From NCBI GenBank assembly GCA_030599585.1, contig JAUVNS010000002.1, forward strand, positions 160,001 to 224,000: DNA of 64,000 nucleotides. The letters are read 5' to 3'. Shown here one piece after another: positions 50,358 through 60,892 of the stretch. The notes below the pieces were generated by a model. That model had not been told where the DNA came from. It searched no databases and worked only from the letters and a program-made list of their open reading frames with translations. Numbering within the stretch: the stretch's first letter is position 1; each line of letters starts with the position of its first letter. The DNA comes from Promethearchaeota archaeon (GTDB lineage Archaea; Asgardarchaeota; Lokiarchaeia; Sigyniarchaeales; SOKP01). The translations under genes were made by a program, and so were the position numbers.

Positions 50358-51335
50358 ATGACATCAGAAAAATTAGATGATATTATTAGAAATCAATTCG
50401 ATAAAACTTTAGATGGTACGAATTTTGAATCATTAGGGAGTCTCTATAAGGGGAAAGTCCGAGATAATTATATAAAAAACGATGTAAGAATAATTATCGC
50501 TACAGATCGCTTATCTGCTTTTGATCGCGTGATTACAACAATTCCGTTTAAAGGACAAATGCTAAATCAAGTATCATCTTTCTGGTTTGAAAAAACTAAA
50601 AACCTAGTAAAAAACCATATAATAGATATTCCAGATCCTAACGTTGCTGTGGTTCACCAGTGTGAGATGATTCCAGTAGAAATGATTGTAAGAGCGTACA
50701 TAACTGGATCAGCGTGGCGTAGTTATACTAAAGGAAAGGCTACCTCGGGAATAATTTTACCTGAAGGATTACAAAAAAATCAGAAATTAGACGATTTTAT
50801 TTTGACACCATCCACAAAAGCGGTGAGTGGGCACGATATATATATTTCCAGAGAAAAAATTTTAGAAGATAAATTGGTTGATGAAGACATATATACACAA
50901 ATGGAGAGCGCATCGAAAAAGCTATTTAAATTTGCTCAAAATTACTGCCTTAAAAATGGTTTAATATTAGTCGATACAAAATACGAATTTGGAATAAAGG
51001 ATGGAGAATTATTGGTAACTGATGAGATTCATACTCAGGATTCTTCTAGATTTTGGGTTGCAGATAGCTATAACGAAAAGTTTGAAAAAAGTGAAGAACC
51101 CGAAATTCTGGATAAAGAGATTTTCAGAAGTTGGTTAATGGACACGTATCCAGATATTTTCCCCAATATCACCCTAAATCAAGATATACCTCCTATAGCT
51201 CCTGAGATTAAAGTAGAACTTGCCAAGAGATATATGAAAAGTTATCAAAAAATCACGGGAAATGAATTTGAAGCAGAAGTATCAGATGTAAAAAAGAGAA
51301 TCGAGGAGAATCTTAAAAAAGCTAACTATTTGTAA
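50358..51335 (+). CDS. purC: SAICAR synthase
   Basis: YKGKVRD, TDRLSAFD, IPFKG, LVDTKYEFG, DEIHTQDSSRFW. Confidence 0.95.
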   Translation: MTSEKLDDIIRNQFDKTLDGTNFESLGSLYKGKVRDNYIKNDVRIIIATDRLSAFDRVITTIPFKGQMLNQVSSFWFEKTKNLVKNHIIDIPDPNVAVVHQCEMIPVEMIVRAYITGSAWRSYTKGKATSGIILPEGLQKNQKLDDFILTPSTKAVSGHDIYISREKILEDKLVDEDIYTQMESASKKLFKFAQNYCLKNGLILVDTKYEFGIKDGELLVTDEIHTQDSSRFWVADSYNEKFEKSEEPEILDKEIFRSWLMDTYPDIFPNITLNQDIPPIAPEIKVELAKRYMKSYQKITGNEFEAEVSDVKKRIEENLKKANYL

Positions 51336-51365
51336 CTCATAGGAAAAGATTTAAATAAGATTTAA

Positions 51366-51581
51366 TTGTATTTTTTTATAATGTTTGCGTTTATTTTACT
51401 CATTAGCGTTTTTGGATTATTTATGGCTAGTTTTGTTGTGCTGATTATAGATTTAACTTCCACTAAAAGAAACAATAATAGACCGACCGACGAAAAATTA
51501 CCGAAGCTTGGTAAATATAGCTTTCTGTTTAATCTTTTTGCGCTTTTACTCTTAGTATTTGTAAGCTTTTTAAACATTTAA
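51366..51581 (+). CDS. Small two-TM hypothetical protein
   Basis: Two hydrophobic segments around a polar loop; co-oriented within the pur cluster. Confidence 0.45.
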   Translation: MYFFIMFAFILLISVFGLFMASFVVLIIDLTSTKRNNNRPTDEKLPKLGKYSFLFNLFALLLLVFVSFLNI

Positions 51582-51714
51582 TAAATTTATTTCCATTTGA
51601 TTGTTTTAAATTTTAACAGACGAAAACTATGCCATTTTTGTCGCATTTCATAGAAGAAAATTATTTATTAATTAATAAGAACTATTAAAATCATAATTCA
51701 ACTTTTTTTCTTAA

Positions 51715-51984
51715 ATGGCTCAAATGGAATTTATAATAGAAATTTCTCTTGAAAATAAGCCTGCTGCTCGTGATCCCGTAGCTGAAACTATAAAAAGAGA
51801 TTTGCTCGCAAAAAAGGGATATGAAAATGTGTCAAAAGTTCGTTCTGGTCAATATTTAAGACTTATTCTAAAAGCGAACGATGAAGAAGATGCCAAGGAA
51901 ATTGTTACAAACATGTGTAATGATTTAAGAATATTTAATCCAGTCACACAGAACCTAAACATCATAAATGTGAAGAAATTATGA
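51715..51984 (+). CDS. purS: FGAM synthase subunit PurS
   Basis: KP..RDP, VRSGQY, MC..L..NPV. Confidence 0.92.
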   Translation: MAQMEFIIEISLENKPAARDPVAETIKRDLLAKKGYENVSKVRSGQYLRLILKANDEEDAKEIVTNMCNDLRIFNPVTQNLNIINVKKL

Positions 51985-52691
51985 CTATTAAGATTGCTGT
52001 CATTCAATTTCCGGGAGCAAATTGCGATTTAGATGCAGTTCATGTCTTAAGGAATGTTGTAGGCGTCGATACCACATTAGTTTGGCATAATGATTTTAAA
52101 GAAGATAACTTTGACGGTGTAATTTTACCAGGAGGATTTAGTTTTGGTGATTATTTAAGAGCGGGAATTATCGCAGCTCATAGCCCCGCGTTAGATGAAG
52201 CGAGAATAATGTTAAAGGATGGTAGACCCATTCTTGGCATATGTAATGGTTTTCAAATTTTAATCGAAGCTGAATTTCTTCCTGGAGCTTTACTACAAAA
52301 CGAATCGTTAAAGTTTGTTTGTAAATGGGTAAACATTAAGGTGATAAATAATCAAACTGCCTTTACTCACAAAATGAAGAAAAATGATGTTCTTGCGATT
52401 CCCATTGCTCATGGAGAAGGAAGATATTACACCGACAATTTAAAGGAGTTAGAAGAAAACGATCAAATAGTATTCAAGTATTCAACTGAGGACGGAAGAT
52501 TCAAATCTGAAGCAAATCCGACCGGAACTTTAGAAAATATTGCGGGAATCTGTAATATTGAACAAAACTGTGTGGGATTAATGCCACACCCTGAACGCGC
52601 ATCTGAATCGATCCTTAGTCCCAACCAAACTACTCATGGTAAAATCTTTTTTGAATCTATGATTGAATTTATAAAAGGGAGGCTAACTTGA
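51981..52691 (+). CDS. purQ: FGAM synthase glutaminase subunit PurQ
   Basis: FPGANCD, PGGFSFGDYLRAG, GICNGFQ, MPHPER. Confidence 0.96.
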   Translation: MTIKIAVIQFPGANCDLDAVHVLRNVVGVDTTLVWHNDFKEDNFDGVILPGGFSFGDYLRAGIIAAHSPALDEARIMLKDGRPILGICNGFQILIEAEFLPGALLQNESLKFVCKWVNIKVINNQTAFTHKMKKNDVLAIPIAHGEGRYYTDNLKELEENDQIVFKYSTEDGRFKSEANPTGTLENIAGICNIEQNCVGLMPHPERASESILSPNQTTHGKIFFESMIEFIKGRLT

Positions 52692-54937
52692 TGACGAAAG
52701 TAAAATTAAACGGAGAAGAAGTAAATGTTGAGATGCCAAAGAATGAATTCGAAAAAGTTAAAGAACTTCTAAATAGAGAGCCTAGCATAACAGAATTAGG
52801 TGGATTCGATGTGATGTGGAGCGAACATTGTTCGTATAAGTCGTCGCGTCCGAAACTTAAACTGTTTGAGGATGCTGAGGCAAATTACGACTATGTATTA
52901 GCAGGTCCCGGAGAAGACGCAGGAGTAATTGATATAGGGGATGGATACGCACTAGCATTTCGTATTGAATCTCACAATCATCCATCGGCAATAGAACCCT
53001 ATCATGGTGCTGCTACAGGTATTGGTGGGATTATCCGTGATGTTCTATGTATGGGCGTTCGACCGATTGCCTTGCTCGATCCCTTGAGATTTGGCCGTTT
53101 AGCGGGTAACTCACACTCTCAATGGCTATTTAAGTATGTTGTGAAAGGAATTGCTGATTATGGAAACTGTACCGGCATTCCTACGATTGGTGGTGAAGTT
53201 GAATTTGACGATAGTTTTGAAAATAATTGCTTAGTCAATGTCGCATGCATAGGTCTAGGCACAATAGAAGATTTTAAACACGCTCCAAGTAGAGCATATA
53301 ACCCTGGCGATTATATAATCCTAATGGGGGGGTCTACTGGGAGAGATGGAATTCATGGAGTAACGTTTGCTTCTCGAACTCTGACTGAAATGTCTGAAGC
53401 TGATAGACCCGCAGTACAAATTGGTGATCCTTTTACAAAAAAGATGATAATCGAAGCTACTTTAGAGGCTGTGAAAACGGGATATGTTAGAGGTTTAAAA
53501 GATTTAGGAGGAGGAGGTCTTACCTGCGCAACTAGCGAATTAACTGGAGATGGTAATACTGGAGCTAACATAGAACTGAGAAAAGTTTTTACAGCAGAAC
53601 CAGGTATGACATCATACGAAATAATGTTATCTGAATCTCAAGAACGAATGGCTTTTATCGTTAAACCAGAAGGGTTAGAAACCGTTCTTAACGTGTTTAG
53701 AAAGTATGAAGTGGCACACGCAGTAATAGGGAAAACTGACGATTCAAAAGTATTGAAAGTTTTTGACGGGGAAGAACTTGTCGTAAATATTCCGGCAAAA
53801 GCTCTTTCTGTATCTCCGACATTTAAAAGACAAGAAAAACGACCGGAATATTTAGATCAACTGCTCGCTCAACTTACTCCTGATCCAAGCAAGCAAATCG
53901 AAGAAATTATAGAAATACTGATTGCTTCTGAAAATATTTGTAGTAAGGAATGGATCTACCGTCAATACGATCACGAAGTCGGCGTAAGATCTGTAGTAAA
54001 ATGTGGAGACGGAGATTCGGGAGTGTTAAGAATAATAGGAACAAATAAATTCATAGCTGCGAGTGTTGGCGTAAATTCTAAACATTGTTATCTGGATCCT
54101 TACGAAGGAGCTAAAGGAGGGCTAGTAGAAATATGCGGAAATGTCATTACTACTGGCGCAAAGCCCATGGCGATGGTTAATTGTTGTAACTTTGGCAATC
54201 CAGAAATACCGGAATCGTTCTGGTATTTTTCTAAAGCTGTGGAGGGAATGAACGATTTTTGTAGATCTTTAAAAATACCGATAGTGGGAGGGAACGTTTC
54301 TTTTTATAACGAGGATGAAGTTACTAAGACAGCAATCAAAGCGACACCTCAGATTATGATTGTTGGATTAATTGAGGGTTTTGACAACATAATCACATTA
54401 CCCTTTAAAAAAGCAGGAAACGACATTCTTATTCTTGGTGAAACAAAGGCTGAACTTGGCGGTTCAGAATATCACTCGGTAGTACATGGACTTGAAGGTG
54501 GGATTCCCCCTAAAGTTGATGAAGCTCAGATAAAAGCTAAATGGGATTTCTTATCAGAAATGTACGATAAAAAGTTAATTAAAGCAAACCACGATATAAG
54601 TAAAGGGGGTTTTATTATAACTATTGCTGAAATGTGCTTTAAGAACAAGTTAGGAGCGGATTTAGATTTAAGTAGCTATAATAATAATGATTTAAGAGAT
54701 GATGAGCTACTTTTTAGTGAAACTGTTGGCAGATTCATTATAGAAACTGAGCCGACAAGTTTAAATGATATTATGCTTCTCGCGACTGAATTTAAAGTTA
54801 AAGTAACAAAATTAGGAGAGATACTCAATCAGCCAAAAATCTCGATAAAAGGTTTGAAAAATCAAGATATATCCCTGGATACTAATAAATTAAAAGAGAG
54901 ATTTCAAGACACAATACCGAATCTTATGGATAAATGA
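52688..54937 (+). CDS. purL: FGAM synthase subunit PurL
   Basis: WSEHCSYKSS, ESHNHPS, DLGGGG, SESQERM, GGNVSFYN. Confidence 0.96.
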   Translation: MMTKVKLNGEEVNVEMPKNEFEKVKELLNREPSITELGGFDVMWSEHCSYKSSRPKLKLFEDAEANYDYVLAGPGEDAGVIDIGDGYALAFRIESHNHPSAIEPYHGAATGIGGIIRDVLCMGVRPIALLDPLRFGRLAGNSHSQWLFKYVVKGIADYGNCTGIPTIGGEVEFDDSFENNCLVNVACIGLGTIEDFKHAPSRAYNPGDYIILMGGSTGRDGIHGVTFASRTLTEMSEADRPAVQIGDPFTKKMIIEATLEAVKTGYVRGLKDLGGGGLTCATSELTGDGNTGANIELRKVFTAEPGMTSYEIMLSESQERMAFIVKPEGLETVLNVFRKYEVAHAVIGKTDDSKVLKVFDGEELVVNIPAKALSVSPTFKRQEKRPEYLDQLLAQLTPDPSKQIEEIIEILIASENICSKEWIYRQYDHEVGVRSVVKCGDGDSGVLRIIGTNKFIAASVGVNSKHCYLDPYEGAKGGLVEICGNVITTGAKPMAMVNCCNFGNPEIPESFWYFSKAVEGMNDFCRSLKIPIVGGNVSFYNEDEVTKTAIKATPQIMIVGLIEGFDNIITLPFKKAGNDILILGETKAELGGSEYHSVVHGLEGGIPPKVDEAQIKAKWDFLSEMYDKKLIKANHDISKGGFIITIAEMCFKNKLGADLDLSSYNNNDLRDDELLFSETVGRFIIETEPTSLNDIMLLATEFKVKVTKLGEILNQPKISIKGLKNQDISLDTNKLKERFQDTIPNLMDK

Positions 54938-55109
54938 AATTAGAAATGTCTATCCATTAACGCTCTAGTTGAGCCTAAACCCAATTTTTCCTATATTTTT
55001 TTTTTGCTTGTTCGTATATCACGAACAATTATAAAAAATAATCGAAGTTTAGATGTGTTCTAAGTTTTTCCTAATTATCAAATATAATGCTATATTTTAA
55101 GGAAGAATT

Positions 55110-55316
55110 ATGAGAGCCCGAGCATGTATTAAGTGTAAGGAATATATGATAATCCATGCAGATAACCCTTTAAATCGTAATAAAATTGATTTTTTTGAGA
55201 GAAAGCATCATTTACATACGCTGATTACCGTAGATCTTGAAGAAATAAAGGATCAATATCAAATAATAAAAAATAACGGTTCAAAAGAACCCTCCAACGA
55301 AACTACTAATTCTTAA
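55110..55316 (+). CDS. Small putative Zn-binding protein (CxxC...HxxH)
   Basis: ACIKCKEY and FERKHHLH. Confidence 0.7.
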   Translation: MRARACIKCKEYMIIHADNPLNRNKIDFFERKHHLHTLITVDLEEIKDQYQIIKNNGSKEPSNETTNS

Positions 55317-55869
55317 GATTCTATTTATAAATTATAATAGAATTTTAAAGCCATTCATCTGCTTTTAAATTTTTACTCACTTTTAGGAACATAAATTAGA
55401 TTACATTAACTCATTTAAAGAACTAAATGAATCTATAACTTTATATGATATAATAAGAAAAGGAGAAAAAAAAGAGAGATTATATTGGTTTAATTTCAAA
55501 ATTTTTAAGTAATAGTAGAGGAGTGAATATTTCTATACCGATTTTGTTTAGAAGTTTTTTAAATCATCACCTATTTTACTTAGTATTTTGTGGGAATTTA
55601 ATCCCATTTAATAAGTAGAACTGTGGCTATATAAATTTATCGATGGAATTATTTCAGAAGAAAGCTAATAATTATATTTTTTTGCCAACAACAAGTTTAA
55701 TTTTTGAACGTTTTATAAATATATGGTAAAACCTTGAACGTTTTAAAATTAAATTTGCTTTGCTAATTCCTAATTTAAAAAGTATTCATTTTTCAATTAT
55801 ACATATAGAAAACCTAATTTATAAGGAGTAAATAAATGTATTTATAGTATTATAGTTAAATAAATTATA

Positions 55870-56436
55870 ATGAAAATTGCGATTGATATTGACGGTGTTC
55901 TATTAGATATCATTATTACATATTGTGAAATTTATAATAGAAGATACGGCACTAATTACAAAAAGAACGATGTCGTCAAGTGGGATTTTTTTGCCGATTG
56001 GAATATGGATGAAGAAACAGGGTTCAAAATATTTTATGAAATTTATGAAGATTCTGGAAACATCCCTTTCATAGGTGAGGGTGCTCCGAAAATCATGAAA
56101 GAGTTAAATGAAAGGTACGACCTTGATATTGTTTCTGCACGTGTACCTGAATATCGTTCTTCAATTATAGATAAGTTAGATTCTCATGATATTATGGCGG
56201 GTATTCAATACACAGAGTTGATTTTATTACATCATCGACCGTACGATATCAAATTAAAACAAAATTACGATTTATATGTCGATGATAATCCAAACCTAGT
56301 AGAGCCAATAAAAATGATGAAAAATAGGACTCTATTACTTTTTGACCAACCTTGGAACCAAAACTCTGTGTGCGAAGATAATGTTCATAGGGTTCATAAT
56401 TGGTACGAAGTGGATAAAAAAATTAAAGAGATATAA
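55870..56436 (+). CDS. HAD-family 5'(3')-deoxyribonucleotidase-like phosphatase
   Basis: IDIDGVL, VSAR, K, YVDDNP, FDQPWN, RVHNW. Confidence 0.87.
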   Translation: MKIAIDIDGVLLDIIITYCEIYNRRYGTNYKKNDVVKWDFFADWNMDEETGFKIFYEIYEDSGNIPFIGEGAPKIMKELNERYDLDIVSARVPEYRSSIIDKLDSHDIMAGIQYTELILLHHRPYDIKLKQNYDLYVDDNPNLVEPIKMMKNRTLLLFDQPWNQNSVCEDNVHRVHNWYEVDKKIKEI

Positions 56437-56509
56437 GTTAATCTTTGTAGCGTCTTTCAGTTTGTTAAAAAATGTATCAATTAAAAGTTGGAGTAAGCTA
56501 AGCGCTTTT

Positions 56510-57517
56510 TTAGCGAGTAGCAAGTTGATATCTAGGATCAAATGCGTCTCTTAACCCATCCCCTACGATCATTAATCCAATTACACATATTGAAATCATT
56601 ACGCTGGGCCAAAAAGAGGCCCAAGGTGCATCGTAAAGATAACGTCTCCCTAAAAAAACATCACGTCCCCAGTCTACATATCGGGGATCAGTAAATCCAA
56701 GAAATGCGAGAGTGGCTAAACTTAAGATCAATCTACCGATATCAAAACTCGTAGAAATTATGATAGGTTGGATTGAATTTGGTAATACATGTTTGAACAT
56801 GATTCTCCAGCTACTCGCACCCGAAACTTTTGCTGCTGCGATATAATCTAATTCTTTTGCTTTTAAAACTGATGATCTAATTAAGCGAGAATAATAGGGA
56901 ATTCCTATTAATCCAAATATTAACACAACATGCTCAATAGTTGAACCAATTATAGCAAGAAAAGCTAAAGCAAAAATTAATCCGGGAAAAGCTAAGATTA
57001 TATCCATTGTTCTCATTATAATGGAATCAATCCATTTTCCATAGTATGCAGCTATCATTCCTAAAAAGATACCAAAAATTAGACTAATACTAACAGATGA
57101 TAAGGAGATTACCAAAGCAGTTTTCGTACCATAAATTATTCTCGATAGAACATCTCGACCAGCGTAAGCAGTCCCTAACGGAAATTCAGGGGATGGAGGT
57201 GCCCAGTCATTAATATTCCAACCCGTTGCTTGTTCATACGAATAGGGAGCAATCCAATGCCCAAATATAGCAAAAGAGATTATAATGAAGATTATAATGA
57301 CTCCAAAGAGAGTGAAAGATGATTTTAGCATCCTTTTAAGTTTACTTCTTTTTTTGGGATGGCGACTTTCGACACTCTTTCCTTGAAATTGATCAAGTCT
57401 ATATCTAGCGAGGAGGAGAAATTTAAAACTATTAATAATTTTTGTTCTTAGATTTAAATTCTTAATATTATAGCTTTTCTCCGTTTTTTCTTGAATTTCT
57501 TGATCTATATTGCTCAT
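56510..57517 (-). CDS. dppC: Peptide/nickel ABC permease DppC/OppC (copy 2)
   Basis: PLGT..GRDVLSRIIYG, R.MDIILAFP, YIAAAKVSGA, GDGLRDA.DPR. Confidence 0.9.
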   Translation of the reverse strand: MSNIDQEIQEKTEKSYNIKNLNLRTKIINSFKFLLLARYRLDQFQGKSVESRHPKKRSKLKRMLKSSFTLFGVIIIFIIISFAIFGHWIAPYSYEQATGWNINDWAPPSPEFPLGTAYAGRDVLSRIIYGTKTALVISLSSVSISLIFGIFLGMIAAYYGKWIDSIIMRTMDIILAFPGLIFALAFLAIIGSTIEHVVLIFGLIGIPYYSRLIRSSVLKAKELDYIAAAKVSGASSWRIMFKHVLPNSIQPIIISTSFDIGRLILSLATLAFLGFTDPRYVDWGRDVFLGRRYLYDAPWASFWPSVMISICVIGLMIVGDGLRDAFDPRYQLATR

Positions 57518-57535
57518 ATTTTGAAAATTTTGGTT

Positions 57536-58558
57536 TTAATTTAATCTAATCCGCGGATCTATGATCGCTATCATCATATCAACAATAAAATTGAAAATTA
57601 TAACAACTATTGAAAACACCCAAACCGTAGCAATAATAATAGGATAATCCGATCTTCTTATAGCATTGTAAAAAAGCTTACCCATACCAGGTAATTGATA
57701 TATAACTTCAACAGCAATCATTCCACCCAATACAACGGAAAATCCCATTCCAGATAGGATAATTACAGGTGTAACAGAGTTTTTAAACGCGTGCTTATTA
57801 ATTATTTGTCTTCTTTTAACTCCTTTCGCATATGCAGTTCTTATGTAATCTTCCTCTAATGTTGAAATCATGCTTGCTCTCATTTGGCGTGAAATTGTTA
57901 CTAATTGAACAATTGTCAAAGCAGAAACCGGTATAATAAGATGCCATAAGTAATCAGTTAATAAATAAATCTTACCTGAAAGAAGGCAATTAAGAAGACG
58001 AGAATAGGTAATTGGTGGGGGTTCAGGATATCCCATTGTTTTGTATCCGAACATGGGGAGGATTTTAAATGGTGTACTTATGAAGATTTGCATCAAATAA
58101 CTAATAACTATAAATGCTGGCATAGAAACAAAAAAATATGTAAAAATTCTTGTAATATTATCCCTTTTAGTGTTTTTATGAGCGCCAGTAAACTTACCAA
58201 GTTTTAAACCGAGGTAAATTGCAATAATCATACTAATAGCCATAATTTCTAACGATCTAGGAAGCCTCTGATTAATAAGAATCCAAACAGGCCAATTTTT
58301 TGCTACTGTGTAAGAAAATCCCCAATTTCCGGTTAACATATCTCCCACAAATATTAAAAACTGAACAAATATCGGTTTATCTAATCCTAATCTCGCGCGC
58401 TCCACCAGATATTCGTCCCATGTGAATTTAGCGGGCATCCTCATCATTGCAGGATCCCCAGGTAGTAATCTTGTCATAAAGAATGTAATTACAAGGATTA
58501 CCAATAATGTCGGAATTATAGTAAGTAATTTCCTTAAAATGAATTTTATAAAACTCAT
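57536..58558 (-). CDS. dppB: Peptide/nickel ABC permease DppB/OppB (copy 2)
   Basis: LPGDPA, LGLDKP, EDYIRTAYAKG, VEVIYQLPGMG, DPRI. Confidence 0.9.
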   Translation of the reverse strand: MSFIKFILRKLLTIIPTLLVILVITFFMTRLLPGDPAMMRMPAKFTWDEYLVERARLGLDKPIFVQFLIFVGDMLTGNWGFSYTVAKNWPVWILINQRLPRSLEIMAISMIIAIYLGLKLGKFTGAHKNTKRDNITRIFTYFFVSMPAFIVISYLMQIFISTPFKILPMFGYKTMGYPEPPPITYSRLLNCLLSGKIYLLTDYLWHLIIPVSALTIVQLVTISRQMRASMISTLEEDYIRTAYAKGVKRRQIINKHAFKNSVTPVIILSGMGFSVVLGGMIAVEVIYQLPGMGKLFYNAIRRSDYPIIIATVWVFSIVVIIFNFIVDMMIAIIDPRIRLN

Positions 58559-58659
58559 TGTAAATAATTATTTTTAATTAAAAGATTTTAGAAAATAACC
58601 TTAATCAACTTTTCTAGTAAATAATAGGAGTTTTAATAAATTAAAGAATCAAATCTTTT

Positions 58660-59682
58660 TTAGCGAGTAACAAGTTGAAATCTGGGATCAAGAGCATCTC
58701 TTAACCCATCCCCTACGATCATAAACCCAATTGAGGAAATTAAAATCATCACGCTCGGCCAAAAGACAGCCCAAGGCGCTCGCCAAATTTGTCTTCTCCC
58801 TGAGAAAATGTCGCTTCCCCAATCTATAAACTCTGGATCGATAAATCCAAGAAAACCGAGAATTGTAAGATTTATCATTACTCTACCGATATCAAAACTC
58901 ATTGAAATTATAACGGGTTGGATTGAATTTGGTAAAATATGTTTAAACATGATTCTCCAATTATTTGCACCTGAGACTTTTGCAGCGGCGATATAATCTA
59001 ACTCTTTTTCTTTAAAAACAGATGATCTAATTAAACGAGAATAATAGGGAATTCCGATCACCCCAAGTATCCACACAATATAGCTAAATTTAGCGCCCAA
59101 TATAGCAAGAAAAGCTAAAGCAAAAATTAGTCCAGGAAATGCTAAAATTATATCCATTACTCTCATAATAATAGAATCAACCCATTTCCCATAGTAGCCA
59201 GCTAACATTCCTAAAATTATACCAAAAATTAAACTAATACTTACAGACAATAAGGCGGTTACTAAAGCGGTTCTTGTACCATAAATTATTCGTGATAGAA
59301 CATCTCGTCCAGCAAAACCTGTTCCTAAGGGATTTTCAAGTGATGGGGGGTTCCAGAAGTTCAAACTTGACCCCATTGCTTCCTCATACGAATAAGGCGC
59401 AATCCAAGGCCCAAATAAAGCAATAGATATAATACCTAGAATTAATAAAACCCCAATGAAAGTAAAAGTTGATTTTAGCCAACCCTTAATCTTATTTTTT
59501 TTTTTACGATCTTGATATTGTATACCCGATGCTTGGAATCTTTCAATTCTAGGTTTAGGAATAAAGAGAAATTTAAAACCATTGGTAATCTTTGAAATTA
59601 GCTTCGAATTAAAATTACCTTCTAAATTTTCTTCAATATTGTTAAATTCCTGCTCCTTTTCTTGAATTTTAGTATTGCTCAT
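58660..59682 (-). CDS. dppC: Peptide/nickel ABC permease DppC/OppC (copy 1)
   Basis: Same motifs as 56510..57517; close paralog. Confidence 0.9.
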   Translation of the reverse strand: MSNTKIQEKEQEFNNIEENLEGNFNSKLISKITNGFKFLFIPKPRIERFQASGIQYQDRKKKNKIKGWLKSTFTFIGVLLILGIISIALFGPWIAPYSYEEAMGSSLNFWNPPSLENPLGTGFAGRDVLSRIIYGTRTALVTALLSVSISLIFGIILGMLAGYYGKWVDSIIMRVMDIILAFPGLIFALAFLAILGAKFSYIVWILGVIGIPYYSRLIRSSVFKEKELDYIAAAKVSGANNWRIMFKHILPNSIQPVIISMSFDIGRVMINLTILGFLGFIDPEFIDWGSDIFSGRRQIWRAPWAVFWPSVMILISSIGFMIVGDGLRDALDPRFQLVTR

Positions 59683-59705
59683 ATTTGAAAGTTTTAAGCT
59701 TTATA

Positions 59706-60728
59706 TTATTTTAATTTAATACGTGGATCTAATGCCGCTATTATTACATCAGAAAAAAAATTGAAAATAATCACAATTATTGAAAAGACCCAAACCGAAG
59801 CTATAATGACATTATAATCAGAACCTAAAATAGCATCGTAAAAAAGTTTACCCATACCGGGTAATTGATATACAACCTCAACAGCAATCATCCCTCCTAA
59901 CACAGCAGAGAATCCCATTCCAGAAACAACAATCACAGGTGCTACCGAATTTTTAAGTGCATGTTTTTTAATAACATTTCTTCTTTTGACTCCTTTCGCA
60001 TATGCAGTTCTTATGTAATCTTCCTCTAATGTTGAAATCATACTTGCTCTCATTTGTCGTGATATTCTGACTAATTGAACGATTGTCAATGCAGAAACAG
60101 GGATAATGAGATGCCACAAGTAATCAAATAATAAATAGATATTACCAGAAAGAATGTAATTTATAATGTGAGAAAATGTAATTTGTGGAGGTTCAGGATA
60201 TCCCGCGGTTTTGTAACCGAAAATGGGAAGGATTTTAAGAGGTGTAGCAACATAAAGCTGCATGAAATAAGTGATAATTACAAAAGCTGGAATAGAAACA
60301 AAAATGTAGGTAAAAATTTTCGCAAGATTATCCCTTTTAGTGTTTTTATTAGCAGCAGAAACTTTACCTAATTTAAAACCAAGAATGATCGCAATGACCA
60401 TACTAATAACCATAATTTCTAACGACATGGAAAGCTTTTGATTAATTAAGAGCCAAATAGGATAATCTCTACCTACAATATAAGAATTTCCCCAATTTCC
60501 TGAGAATATATCTCCAAGAAAAACTAAAAATTGAACATAAATCGGTTGATCTAATCCCAATCTAGTAACTTCCCTCAGATAATCTTCATATGTCGCCCTT
60601 GGGGCCATTCTCAACATTGCAGGGTCTCCAGGCAACATTCTTGTCATAATGAAAGTAATTACAAGAATTACAAATAATGTTGGAATGATGGTAAGTAGTC
60701 TTCTTAAAATAAAACGAATTAAACTCAT
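59706..60728 (-). CDS. dppB: Peptide/nickel ABC permease DppB/OppB (copy 1)
   Basis: Same motifs as 57536..58558; close paralog. Confidence 0.9.
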   Translation of the reverse strand: MSLIRFILRRLLTIIPTLFVILVITFIMTRMLPGDPAMLRMAPRATYEDYLREVTRLGLDQPIYVQFLVFLGDIFSGNWGNSYIVGRDYPIWLLINQKLSMSLEIMVISMVIAIILGFKLGKVSAANKNTKRDNLAKIFTYIFVSIPAFVIITYFMQLYVATPLKILPIFGYKTAGYPEPPQITFSHIINYILSGNIYLLFDYLWHLIIPVSALTIVQLVRISRQMRASMISTLEEDYIRTAYAKGVKRRNVIKKHALKNSVAPVIVVSGMGFSAVLGGMIAVEVVYQLPGMGKLFYDAILGSDYNVIIASVWVFSIIVIIFNFFSDVIIAALDPRIKLK

Positions 60729-60892
60729 TTTTTAGGAACTTTACTCAATATTTTACCTTAAATATTGCCTATCTATCAAAAGATAACGATATTAGATTAA
60801 TACTAGATTAGTAGAATAAATTATAAGAGCTATAAAAACTAATTGATTTAAAGGAAACTTTCATAAAAACCAAATACTAAAAAAATTAAAGC

